From contig JAUUZQ010000002.1 of the NCBI GenBank assembly GCA_030589895.1, positions 8,850-72,849 of the forward strand: DNA of 64,000 nucleotides, written 5' to 3'. Below are positions 39,506-47,619 of this stretch, one piece after another. Position numbers and translations under genes: made by a program. Positions within the stretch are counted from its first letter, which is position 1. Each line of letters begins with the position of its first letter. This DNA is from Bacteroidales bacterium. Its GTDB lineage: Bacteria; Bacteroidota; Bacteroidia; Bacteroidales; GCA-2748055. Under the pieces are notes generated by a model. That model saw only the letters and a program-made list of their open reading frames with translations, had not been told where the DNA came from and searched no databases.

Positions 39506-40492
39506 TTATTTTTTAAATATAATTCGTGCAACAATGTGAACTGAGATTCCGCCAAGGGTTAGAAGGAAGATCATAACGCCGGCGAAACTAAGTACTTTGT
39601 TCCTGTTGGCTCCGATCACATATGCTTCATTGAGAATGACTGCATTTACAAATCCTAATTTACCCCGGCTCTCTATTGCCTGGTGCTTATAGAGTGAACC
39701 CATAAGTATAGAGCTACTGGAGTGACATTCTATACAATTTCTCACTGCTAAATCTTTTGTTTGAACATGATGGGCAACAAGCACACTGTCTGACAATGAA
39801 GTATGGCACTCGATACATCTTACACTTCTAAAATGGGCAGCCTGATTTGGCAACCAGCTATGTGTATCCAGTAAATCAATTTCATCTTTGTCTGTAAGGA
39901 GTTCGAACCTGCTGAAATCTGAATGACAGGAGAGACAAATATCATTGTTATATGCAATGGCCTCTGTCACACTTTTTTCATCATCTCTTACAAAAGTCCT
40001 GTAGGAGTGGGGATCATGGCATTTCCAGCAAGTGAAATTATCCGGATTTGCGCTCATATGTATACTTTCCTGAAATTCCACCTCGATATCTTCAAAGTGG
40101 TATTGTGCATAATCTTCATCATAGCCATGACAGTCGAGACATGTAAAAGTTGGTTCGAGTCGCAACTCGTATGCATGAGGGAACACTTCATAGTCATATG
40201 AATGACAATCGAGGCAAGCAAAGCTTTTGTGTACCATGCTGTAATAATCATCTCTTTCGATGATTTTGTCGCGACACATGGATTGAGTGATTTCACGTTC
40301 CATCGACTCGTCTTTCAATATGTATTTTGATTCGCCATGACATCTTAAACATGCTTCATTCTCCACTACATAATCATTTACTTCCATGTATATTACAAGA
40401 GCCTCTGCCTTTTTAGCAGAGTCGGATTGTGCCGACAAGGTAGCTGAAGAAGCAATGAGAAGTACGTTCAATAAAATTAGAACTTTCTTCAT
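39506..40492 (-). CDS. heptahaem c-type cytochrome with a C-terminal membrane anchor
   Basis: It has a signal peptide, seven CXXCH motifs (CLRCH, CLDCH x2, CWKCH, CLSCH, CIECH x2) and a terminal hydrophobic helix (VLSFAGVMIFLLTLGGISVHIVARIIF). Confidence 0.85.
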   Translation of the reverse strand: MKKVLILLNVLLIASSATLSAQSDSAKKAEALVIYMEVNDYVVENEACLRCHGESKYILKDESMEREITQSMCRDKIIERDDYYSMVHKSFACLDCHSYDYEVFPHAYELRLEPTFTCLDCHGYDEDYAQYHFEDIEVEFQESIHMSANPDNFTCWKCHDPHSYRTFVRDDEKSVTEAIAYNNDICLSCHSDFSRFELLTDKDEIDLLDTHSWLPNQAAHFRSVRCIECHTSLSDSVLVAHHVQTKDLAVRNCIECHSSSSILMGSLYKHQAIESRGKLGFVNAVILNEAYVIGANRNKVLSFAGVMIFLLTLGGISVHIVARIIFKK

Positions 40493-40504
40493 ATCTGTTA
40501 AATT

Positions 40505-41338
40505 TTAAAATCTGATTGAAATATTGAATCCAAACTGGTAATCAAGACTAAATGGGTCATTTGTATTGTAGACCACATCATAGTTCTTTACGAGTGCATT
40601 ATAATTTGCAACGAAAACCCGGAAAGAGTGCGTGCTGGTTCCGATTTCAACTCCAAAGGACAAGTTGGGATAAATATCAACATTCTCAGCTGTATTCAAG
40701 GGTTGTTCGTATTCCAGGATAATAGCATGAAACCCCAGTACCTGGGCACGCAGACCACTGTAAATTGAGAAGTTTGCATTGTGAAACCCTTGCTCAACTG
40801 CATTTAACCATATAAATGTAGGAGCAATCTGGACGCCTATCTTTTCTCCAAATTTTCTTGAAACGATTATCTGATTCATGTAAGACAATCTGTGAGCGAA
40901 TTTGAATTCAGACGGAGGGCCGAAATTTGTTGATGAACTTGCATTAAGTACTGCATTACCAACATAACTTACTGAAACAGGCATTTTATTGGATTCTGTC
41001 TGTTGGAGTAAACTTATTTTCCATTCAAGATCCTGCACTGAATTTTTTCTGGTAGTTCCAAAACCAACCATAATTTTATCAGTTACTCCATAGTCAACAG
41101 CCATTCTGGTGTTGGCTGATCCATATATTCCAAAAAGATCACTGATGGATGCAATGGGGGCAAAGCGGTGTTGAATTTCAATATTTATTGAGCCTTTGTA
41201 AGGGTTCAGAGTTGTGTGATTGTCGATTAATGTAAGCGTTTCAAAAGGAGGATAGACAGTTTCATCCTGAGCAAAAATTGATGTGCTCCATAAACATCCA
41301 ACAATCAGGAAATTGATTAAAAAAAGTTTCATATTCAT
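40505..41338 (-). CDS. small outer-membrane beta-barrel protein (DUF5777-like as I recall)
   Basis: It has a signal peptide, alternating amphipathic strands, aromatic girdle residues and a C-terminal ...FNISIRF. Length is 277 aa. Confidence 0.6.
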   Translation of the reverse strand: MNMKLFLINFLIVGCLWSTSIFAQDETVYPPFETLTLIDNHTTLNPYKGSINIEIQHRFAPIASISDLFGIYGSANTRMAVDYGVTDKIMVGFGTTRKNSVQDLEWKISLLQQTESNKMPVSVSYVGNAVLNASSSTNFGPPSEFKFAHRLSYMNQIIVSRKFGEKIGVQIAPTFIWLNAVEQGFHNANFSIYSGLRAQVLGFHAIILEYEQPLNTAENVDIYPNLSFGVEIGTSTHSFRVFVANYNALVKNYDVVYNTNDPFSLDYQFGFNISIRF

Positions 41339-41364
41339 AATTGGGTTTGTATAATAATAATTTT

Positions 41365-41715
41365 TTAATTGCTTTTGTTTGCACCATTAGCAATCCAGCT
41401 GAGGATTGCCTCTTTCTGACCATTTGAAACATCATTGGAACTATGTCCATCGGTAGCTTTTACCAGAATGTAACTATCTTCCGGAGTTTGCTTATCAATC
41501 AGGGCACCTCCATTATATTGGGTCAGTGAGTTAAATACAGCTCCTTCAGTAAAATCAGGAGGAAGGAGGGAAGGGTGACAGCTTGAACACTTATCAACAA
41601 AGATCGGTTGTATATCATCCATGAAATCATCACCTATAGTAATTTCATATTTCTCACATGATTGAAAGCTGAACGTTAATAGTGCAAGGGTAAAAATTGA
41701 CAAAAATTTCTTCAT
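41365..41715 (-). CDS. monohaem c-type cytochrome lipoprotein
   Basis: The start is placed at MKKFLSIFTLALLTFSFQSCEK (lipobox). It has a single CSSCH motif in FVDKCSSCHPSLLPPDF. Confidence 0.6.
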   Translation of the reverse strand: MKKFLSIFTLALLTFSFQSCEKYEITIGDDFMDDIQPIFVDKCSSCHPSLLPPDFTEGAVFNSLTQYNGGALIDKQTPEDSYILVKATDGHSSNDVSNGQKEAILSWIANGANKSN

Positions 41716-41751
41716 ATTAGTAAGTGTTTTATTCTGCTGCTTGCTAAGCAT

Positions 41752-41759
41752 CAAAAATA
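41752..41759 (-). promoter_or_regulatory. -7 box upstream of the monohaem lipoprotein gene (operon promoter candidate)
   Basis: The plus-strand caaaaata lies 37 nt upstream of the ATG at 41715. It overlaps the longer ORF-track start, which supports the shorter gene model. Confidence 0.35.
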
Positions 41760-41956
41760 TTTAATTTTAAAGAGTAAGTATGACTTTCACAATTGATATT
41801 GGTTGTAATATAAAACTGATATAGATCAATTTTTTTTATGACTTATAATTCATGTTTGATCGTTTCTGTTGTGAATTGTCTAACAAGAAAGGTAATTTGA
41901 AGGAGATAATGGGTGTTGAAGAGTATAAAAAGTGATTTTTAGAATGATTATAATTC

Positions 41957-42005
41957 TTTTTCAAAAAAAAACTTTTCATACGATATTTGGACTTCTTATC
42001 ACATT
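41957..42005 (+). repeat. copy A of a ~50-nt conserved intergenic motif
   Basis: tttttcaaaaaaaaacttttCATACGATATTTGGACTTCTTATCACATT has a 29-nt core identical to copy B except for one base. Confidence 0.7.
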
Positions 42006-42227
42006 GCCTTAAACAGAATTTTATGTAACAAGGAATTAACATAGCTACGTTGGTGGCTGCCACATGAATTTATAGTGTCGTAGGAGAACATCAATGAAAA
42101 GAAGGGGGGCTAGAATAATTTTAAATTATTGGCTGTGGATGGTAGCATTCATGATTTCATATAGCAACATTAAACATTACTGGTTTTGGTAGTTAGTAAC
42201 TTATCAAGCAATCCTTAGTTAAATCAG

Positions 42228-42235
42228 TATTTTTG
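42228..42235 (+). promoter_or_regulatory. -7 box upstream of the SPOR protein gene
   Basis: tatttttg lies 40 nt upstream of the ATG at 42276. Confidence 0.35.
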
Positions 42236-42275
42236 TTCTTGAGTAAGTGGACTCTAATCCAGATGAACAATATTA

Positions 42276-45200
42276 ATGGCAGGAATTGCAGCATACTTCT
42301 CTCTCACTTTATCAAGGCATAAGCAGCAATGGTCAACACGTATACTTATTTTTCTTATTCATCTCCTTATTTTTCCAGGTATCAGAACTTATGCCCAGTC
42401 TGAAACTAAATATGACGAAATATCTGTCTTTCTGGAAGTACCAAAGCTGGGGGCGAGAGAGATTGATGCTTTGATAAAGGAGAACGAGATTTTTTTGCCA
42501 GTAACTCACCTGTTTGATTTTTTAAATATTAGGAATATTCCTTCAACAGGATTCGAAACCATCACTGGCTACTTTATTGACAAGGAATCTTCTTATAGCA
42601 TTGACAGGAATAAAAATGAAATTCAATATGGTGGAAAATTATTTAAGCTCAAAGCAGGAGATCTGATCCACACTGAATCGAATCTCTATCTAAGAGCTTT
42701 TTATTTCGAAAAAATCTTTGGTCTCGAATGTATATATAGCTTCAAAGATCTTTCGGTTAAAGTTGAATCTCAACTTGAAATACCAGTCATCCGTGAAATG
42801 AGACAAGAAGACCTACGCGTCAATTTGAACCGTTTGACTAGTGAAGAAAAGGCAGATATTGAAATAAGAAGATTTTATCCATCGTTTAGATTTGGCATGG
42901 CCGACTGGTCAGTATTATCAACACAACAAATAAATGGACCGTCTGAGACAAGAATTAATCTAAGTCTTGGATCGGTTATAGTGGGAGGAGAAGCCACAGC
43001 ATCATTAAATTACAATAGCAATGAACCTTTTCAGGAAAGACAGCAACATTACTTGTGGAGATATGTAGACAATTATAACAGTACCCTGAGCCAGGTAACG
43101 GCAGGGAAAATCAGTCCCCTTTCCACATCTACTATTCTTGATCCTGTTGTTGGAGTCCAGTTCACCAATGCTCCAACAACACTAAGAAAATCATCCGGAT
43201 CGTATACACTTAGTGATATAACAGAACCAAACTGGATTGTGGAGCTATATGTAAATAATGTTCTGGTTGAATATGCCAAGGCTGATGCAGCTGGTTTTTT
43301 TACATTTGAGGTCCCTTTGGTATATGGAAATTTACCGCTCAAGTTAAAATTCTACGGTCCCTGGGGAGAAGAAAAATCAAGGGAGAGAGATATCTCACTC
43401 CCTTTTAGCTTCGTTCCAAAGGAAGTACTTGAGTACGATATAAGTGCAGGTATTGTTGAGGATTCTCTTCGCAGCAGGCTTCTAAGAACCAACATTAATT
43501 TTGGCGTTTCGAAAAATGTTACTATTGGGGCGGGGTATGAATATCTCTCCTCTGTCACTTCAAGTCCCGCGATGCCCTTTGTAAAAGGTTCATTTAGACT
43601 TGCTTCGAATCTCATCCTTTCAGGAGAACTTACTTACAAGGTGAGAGCAAAAAGTACACTTAGCTACAGACTACCCTCGAACATACAGTTTGACCTGAAT
43701 TATTCGAAATATAATAAAGAACAGCAGGCAATAAATCATAACTACCTGGAAGAACGTAATGTTTCGATTTTAATGCCAATTAGCCTTAATAGTTTCCATG
43801 TTTATAACAAGATGACTTTAAATCAGATTGTATTACCGACCACAGATTCTACTACTGCAGAATGGTTGCTTTCAGGTTCGTTATTTGGTGTAAATACGAA
43901 TATCACTACTTCTGGTTTATTTATTGGAGGCTCCGATCCATATGTATACAGCAAGCTCTCCCTCTCATACCGTTTTAAGTCTGGATTAAGAATTACGCCC
44001 ATGGCTCAATACGGGTATTCTGATAAAAGACTGATGTCACTAAAAATTGGATTGGAAAAAAAGTTGATTAAGCATGCTTATCTCAATCTGTCATTTGAAC
44101 AAGATTTTACACGCAATCTGCAGAATGCGGAACTTGGATTTCGTTACAACTTTAACTTCGCTCAAACAGGTATATCAGGCATACGATCAGAGAATAAAAC
44201 TTCCTTGGTTCAGTATGCAAGGGGAAGCATCATCAGTGACCGTAATACCAACTATTTTAAAGCAGATAAGATAAGCAATGTAGGTAAGGGTGGAATTACA
44301 ATCATTCCTTACTTTGATAAAAATTCAAATAGCAGAAGAGATTCAGGGGAAGCCAAAGTATTTGGATTAAACTTGCGTTCCAGCGGTGGGCAAATTGAGC
44401 GAATTGAACAAGATACGACTATTCGTATTCTGAGTCTTGAAGCCTATACAAAATGTATTATTGAATTTGATGATAGTGGATTTGAAAATCCTCCCTTGAA
44501 AATGAAAAACAGGACATATAGTGTGCATGTCGATCCAAATATGCTCAAGGTGATTGAAGTTCCCTTAAGTATAGCCGGTGAAGCTTCAGGCATTGTAAGG
44601 ATCAATTGGGGTGATGAGATAAGAGGGCTTGATGGTATAGTATCGCATCTCTATAACAAAGATCAAAAACTTGTTGGAAGGGTTTTTTCCAATATAGATG
44701 GTTCTTATAAGTTTGATGGTCTTTCTCTTGGATCTTATGTCGTTAGAATAGACAGTATTCAATTGCAAAGAATAGGCATGACCTGCACCCCTGATTCCAT
44801 CAAATTTGATATATCATCCGATTCAGGGGGAGCAACTGTTAATGGGCTGGATTTCTTGTTGGAGCTGACTCCAGAGCCACAAGAAGAGAAACCAGATTTA
44901 GTTGAAACCATCATTCCCGAACCTAAAGTTCAAATTACAAAGAGGGATTCAACATATATTAAGATACATGAATTGGTTCAGGAAGTTTCAGACACAACAG
45001 ACAGTTATGCCATACAGCTTGGGGCCTTCTCTAAGAGATCAAATGCAAAAGCATATAAAGAGAAGCTTGCAAAAGTCATTGACAGGGAAATCGAAATTAT
45101 AATTGAAAACGGCTTGTTCAAGGTTAGGGTATTGGATTTTGAATCCAGGAAAGAAGTGGATGAATTCATTCCGAAACTAAGTAATATCGGGGTCAAGGAA

Positions 45201-46196
45201 ATGTGGGTTATCAACCTGAAAGGAATACGCAAGCAGATGATGTTGATGACAGTTAGGGATACAATTACCGAAGTAATTGAAATAAGAACTGAGATGCTTG
45301 ATCCAAACGATCATTCAAACCTCAATATACAACTTGGTGCATTCAGGGATTCATCCAGAGCAGAAGCGCTAAGATTGAAACTTTCCAATTCCATTGATCA
45401 AGCTGTAATAATTATCAAGGAATTTGGCTACTTTAAAGTCAGGCTTACTGGATTCACTAAGCCAGAACAGCGGGATGCAATTATTCCTCAACTTAGCGAG
45501 CTGGGCATTAGTGATATTTGGGTATTGCCATATGATACAAGCCGTTATGAGACTGGAATAAGAGCTCAGGAGGAAGTTCTAATTGTAACAGAAACAGACA
45601 GCGTAATAGTAATTGAGGATGAGATATTAGAGCCACAGATAGCTGAAGAAGAGTTGCTTGAGGAGGAAGTGGTAGCTGAAGAAGAGTTGCTTGAGGAGGA
45701 ATTAGTTGAGGAAGAGGTAGCTGAAGAAGAGTTGCTTGAGGAGGAATTAGTTGAGGAAGTGGTAGCTGAAGAAGAGTTGCTTGAGGAGGAATTAGTTGAG
45801 GAAGTGGTAGCTGAAGAAGAGTTGCTTGAGGAGGAATTAGTTGAGGAAGAGGTAGCTGAAGAAGAGTTGCTTGAGGAGGAATTAGTTGAGGAAGTAGTAG
45901 CTGAAGAAGAGATTGAAGTGAAGTCACCCATTGAGGACATAAAAGTTGTGAAACCAATTATTGAACAACCAAGATTCTCTATTCAGGCTGGTGTATTTAC
46001 AGAGCTATCTGAGGCCAGAAGGGCTCAACGAAGGATAAAAAATAATTTGGGTCTACAGTCTGTTCTTGTTGAGGAGTATGATTATACCAGGGTAATTATT
46101 CCAGGATTCTATAAACGTGAAGACACCTATAAATACTACCCTGAGTTGGCAGGACTAGGTTACAGTAATATCATGGTCATTGAAAAAAGGAAATGA
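42276..46196 (+). CDS. 1306-aa envelope protein with a beta-rich N-terminal ~850 aa, a CarboxypepD_reg-like module, three SPOR domains and an acidic repeat linker
   Basis: The three SPOR-like units are YAIQLGAFSKRSNAKAYKEKL...FKVRV, NIQLGAFRDSSRAEALRLKL...FKVRL and SIQAGVFTELSEARRAQRRI. It also has LVGRVFSNIDGSYKFDGLSLGSYVVRI and an (AEEELLEEELVEEVV)n linker. Confidence 0.8.
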   Translation: MAGIAAYFSLTLSRHKQQWSTRILIFLIHLLIFPGIRTYAQSETKYDEISVFLEVPKLGAREIDALIKENEIFLPVTHLFDFLNIRNIPSTGFETITGYFIDKESSYSIDRNKNEIQYGGKLFKLKAGDLIHTESNLYLRAFYFEKIFGLECIYSFKDLSVKVESQLEIPVIREMRQEDLRVNLNRLTSEEKADIEIRRFYPSFRFGMADWSVLSTQQINGPSETRINLSLGSVIVGGEATASLNYNSNEPFQERQQHYLWRYVDNYNSTLSQVTAGKISPLSTSTILDPVVGVQFTNAPTTLRKSSGSYTLSDITEPNWIVELYVNNVLVEYAKADAAGFFTFEVPLVYGNLPLKLKFYGPWGEEKSRERDISLPFSFVPKEVLEYDISAGIVEDSLRSRLLRTNINFGVSKNVTIGAGYEYLSSVTSSPAMPFVKGSFRLASNLILSGELTYKVRAKSTLSYRLPSNIQFDLNYSKYNKEQQAINHNYLEERNVSILMPISLNSFHVYNKMTLNQIVLPTTDSTTAEWLLSGSLFGVNTNITTSGLFIGGSDPYVYSKLSLSYRFKSGLRITPMAQYGYSDKRLMSLKIGLEKKLIKHAYLNLSFEQDFTRNLQNAELGFRYNFNFAQTGISGIRSENKTSLVQYARGSIISDRNTNYFKADKISNVGKGGITIIPYFDKNSNSRRDSGEAKVFGLNLRSSGGQIERIEQDTTIRILSLEAYTKCIIEFDDSGFENPPLKMKNRTYSVHVDPNMLKVIEVPLSIAGEASGIVRINWGDEIRGLDGIVSHLYNKDQKLVGRVFSNIDGSYKFDGLSLGSYVVRIDSIQLQRIGMTCTPDSIKFDISSDSGGATVNGLDFLLELTPEPQEEKPDLVETIIPEPKVQITKRDSTYIKIHELVQEVSDTTDSYAIQLGAFSKRSNAKAYKEKLAKVIDREIEIIIENGLFKVRVLDFESRKEVDEFIPKLSNIGVKEMWVINLKGIRKQMMLMTVRDTITEVIEIRTEMLDPNDHSNLNIQLGAFRDSSRAEALRLKLSNSIDQAVIIIKEFGYFKVRLTGFTKPEQRDAIIPQLSELGISDIWVLPYDTSRYETGIRAQEEVLIVTETDSVIVIEDEILEPQIAEEELLEEEVVAEEELLEEELVEEEVAEEELLEEELVEEVVAEEELLEEELVEEVVAEEELLEEELVEEEVAEEELLEEELVEEVVAEEEIEVKSPIEDIKVVKPIIEQPRFSIQAGVFTELSEARRAQRRIKNNLGLQSVLVEEYDYTRVIIPGFYKREDTYKYYPELAGLGYSNIMVIEKRK
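45642..45911 (+). repeat. near-perfect 45-nt tandem coding repeat (one 33-nt copy, five 45-nt copies and a 12-nt partial copy)
   Basis: The unit gctgaagaagagttgcttgaggaggaattagttgaggaagtggta repeats head to tail, and copies differ only at 1-2 positions (gtg/gag/gta). Confidence 0.9.
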
Positions 46197-46288
46197 TAAA
46201 AAAAACGTCCATTTTTTGCAAGTAATTGAAGATAAGAGTAATCACTGCTCCTTCATCAAGGTTATTTGAGGAAATATCTCAAATTGAC

Positions 46289-46342
46289 TTTTTTTCAAAA
46301 AAAAATCACTTTCCATACGATATTTGGACTTCTCATCACATT
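46289..46342 (+). repeat. copy B of the ~50-nt conserved intergenic motif, immediately upstream of ssb
   Basis: tttttttcaaaaaaaaatcactttcCATACGATATTTGGACTTCTCATCACATT ends 31 nt before the ssb ATG. Confidence 0.7.
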
Positions 46343-46373
46343 AACCCGTACATAACCATAAAAACAAAATATT

Positions 46374-46739
46374 ATGAAGTACGGAATTAACAAGGCTACT
46401 CTTGTGGGTAACGTCGGTGATGAGCCGAAGATCATGGAAAAGAATGGGGAGGTTTTAAATGCAACTTTCCCTTTTGCCACCTCTGATACATATAAGGATA
46501 AGGATGGAAAAGAGGTTACCACAACCCAATGGCATCGGATAAAGGTTTGGAACAAGCGTGCTGAGCTCATTCAGCAGTATGTTAAGAAAGGTGATTCTCT
46601 CTATGTTGAGGGAAGGATCAAGAATGACAACTGGGAGGATAAGGATGGAAATAAGCACTATAGTACCGAGATCGTATGTGATAATTTTCTTTTCCTAAAG
46701 CCAAAATTTAATGGTGAAAATAAAGGTTCGGAAGCGTAG
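46374..46739 (+). CDS. ssb: single-stranded DNA-binding protein
   Basis: It has an OB-fold N-terminus (INKATLVGNVGDEPK...TQWHRIKVWNKRAE). At 121 aa it is short and lacks a long Gly/Pro tail. Confidence 0.85.
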   Translation: MKYGINKATLVGNVGDEPKIMEKNGEVLNATFPFATSDTYKDKDGKEVTTTQWHRIKVWNKRAELIQQYVKKGDSLYVEGRIKNDNWEDKDGNKHYSTEIVCDNFLFLKPKFNGENKGSEA

Positions 46740-46782
46740 GGGTTATTAATTGTTTCTGAATTGTATATGTTGATTTGTTCAG

Positions 46783-46818
46783 AAAGAGGCGCTTTGATTG
46801 TTTAGCGCCTCTTTTATT
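46783..46818. terminator. bidirectional terminator between ssb and the creatininase-family gene
   Basis: A 10-bp stem (aaagaggcgc / gcgcctcttt) with a 12-nt loop is followed by a T-rich run. Confidence 0.7.
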
Positions 46819-46854
46819 TAGGACTAGTCACTAGTTACTATTCTTTTCATTTTT

Positions 46855-47616
46855 TTAAAAGTATAGATTTCCCGGATCACATTTTGCCAGATCAATCATT
46901 AGCTCAGCTACTTTTTCAGTTACTGCCTTGAAGTATTTTTCACCCTTCTCCTTTGTTGCTAATTTGGGATTTCCAATACCTGTGTCTTCTGTAACTTCAG
47001 ACCATTTTCTCTCGGTCCAGGCCCAGCTTTCATTTAAAGCCTTGATCTTGAGTTTCTTCTCTTTTCCCTCACCAGCTTCTTTGAGAGGAAGTATCAGATC
47101 AGGAAGCAGATGAAGCATCAGGCTTGTCTCCATTTCATCCGCATGGTCGCCGGGATTGTCAAAATATTCAGATTTGTCAACAGATTGATACCAGTTGCAA
47201 GTACTGATAAGTATATCCGGAAAGCTTACTCCCAACTCCCTGACAAATTGTTTGAAATCGTTTCCTCCATGACTATTAAAGATCAGTAATTTATTGATTT
47301 CTTGTCGGTCGAGTACTTCAAGGATATCATTCAAGATGGCAAATTGTGTAGTTGGGTTTAGATTTATATCTAAATAAATATCTTGTTGACCAGTATTCAC
47401 ACCAAAGGGAATGGTAGGAAGAACCATTACCTTTGCTCCTGCATCCCAGGCAATTCTTGCTGATTCTGCAGCCAGCAGATCTGATTCAAAATTATCTGTG
47501 CCATAGGGCAGGTGATAATTATGAGCTTCTGTAGCTCCCCAGGGAAGGATGGCTAGTTCAACTTGCGCATCTTTGAGATTAAGCCAGTGTGATTCAGCAA
47601 GGATGTATGGTCTCAT
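46855..47616 (-). CDS. creatininase-family amidohydrolase
   Basis: It has LPWGATEAHNYHLPYGTDN, SHGGN and HADEMETS motifs. Confidence 0.8.
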   Translation of the reverse strand: MRPYILAESHWLNLKDAQVELAILPWGATEAHNYHLPYGTDNFESDLLAAESARIAWDAGAKVMVLPTIPFGVNTGQQDIYLDINLNPTTQFAILNDILEVLDRQEINKLLIFNSHGGNDFKQFVRELGVSFPDILISTCNWYQSVDKSEYFDNPGDHADEMETSLMLHLLPDLILPLKEAGEGKEKKLKIKALNESWAWTERKWSEVTEDTGIGNPKLATKEKGEKYFKAVTEKVAELMIDLAKCDPGNLYF

Positions 47617-47619
47617 GGC

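Noticed and set aside
39502-39555. Longer start for the cytochrome b gene, overlapping the heptahaem gene by 50 nt
   Set aside because: The internal ATG at 39501 lies 4 nt after the upstream stop and directly precedes the conserved first helix. The extension (MAESQFTLLHELYLKNKK) is the antisense-free tail of the previous gene region.
40505-41338. MtrB/porin-cytochrome type outer-membrane sheath
   Set aside because: At 277 aa it is far too small for the ~650-700-aa, 26-strand MtrB family, so any conduit role would need a different mechanism (kept as a hypothesis in the findings).
42094-42192. A 32-aa Trp-rich hydrophobic ORF (MKRRGARIILNYWLWMVAFMISYSNIKHYWFW) with an AGGAG 8 nt upstream, in the long leader of the SPOR gene
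   Set aside because: I cannot support it from sequence alone. It would be worth checking by Ribo-seq or conservation, but is too speculative to call.
45508-45957. Two minus-strand ORFs (149 and 124 aa) with repetitive LPQLIPPQATLLQ and SSSNSSSAT sequences
   Set aside because: They are mirror images of the 45-nt coding repeat in the SPOR protein, so the repetitiveness is inherited from the sense strand.
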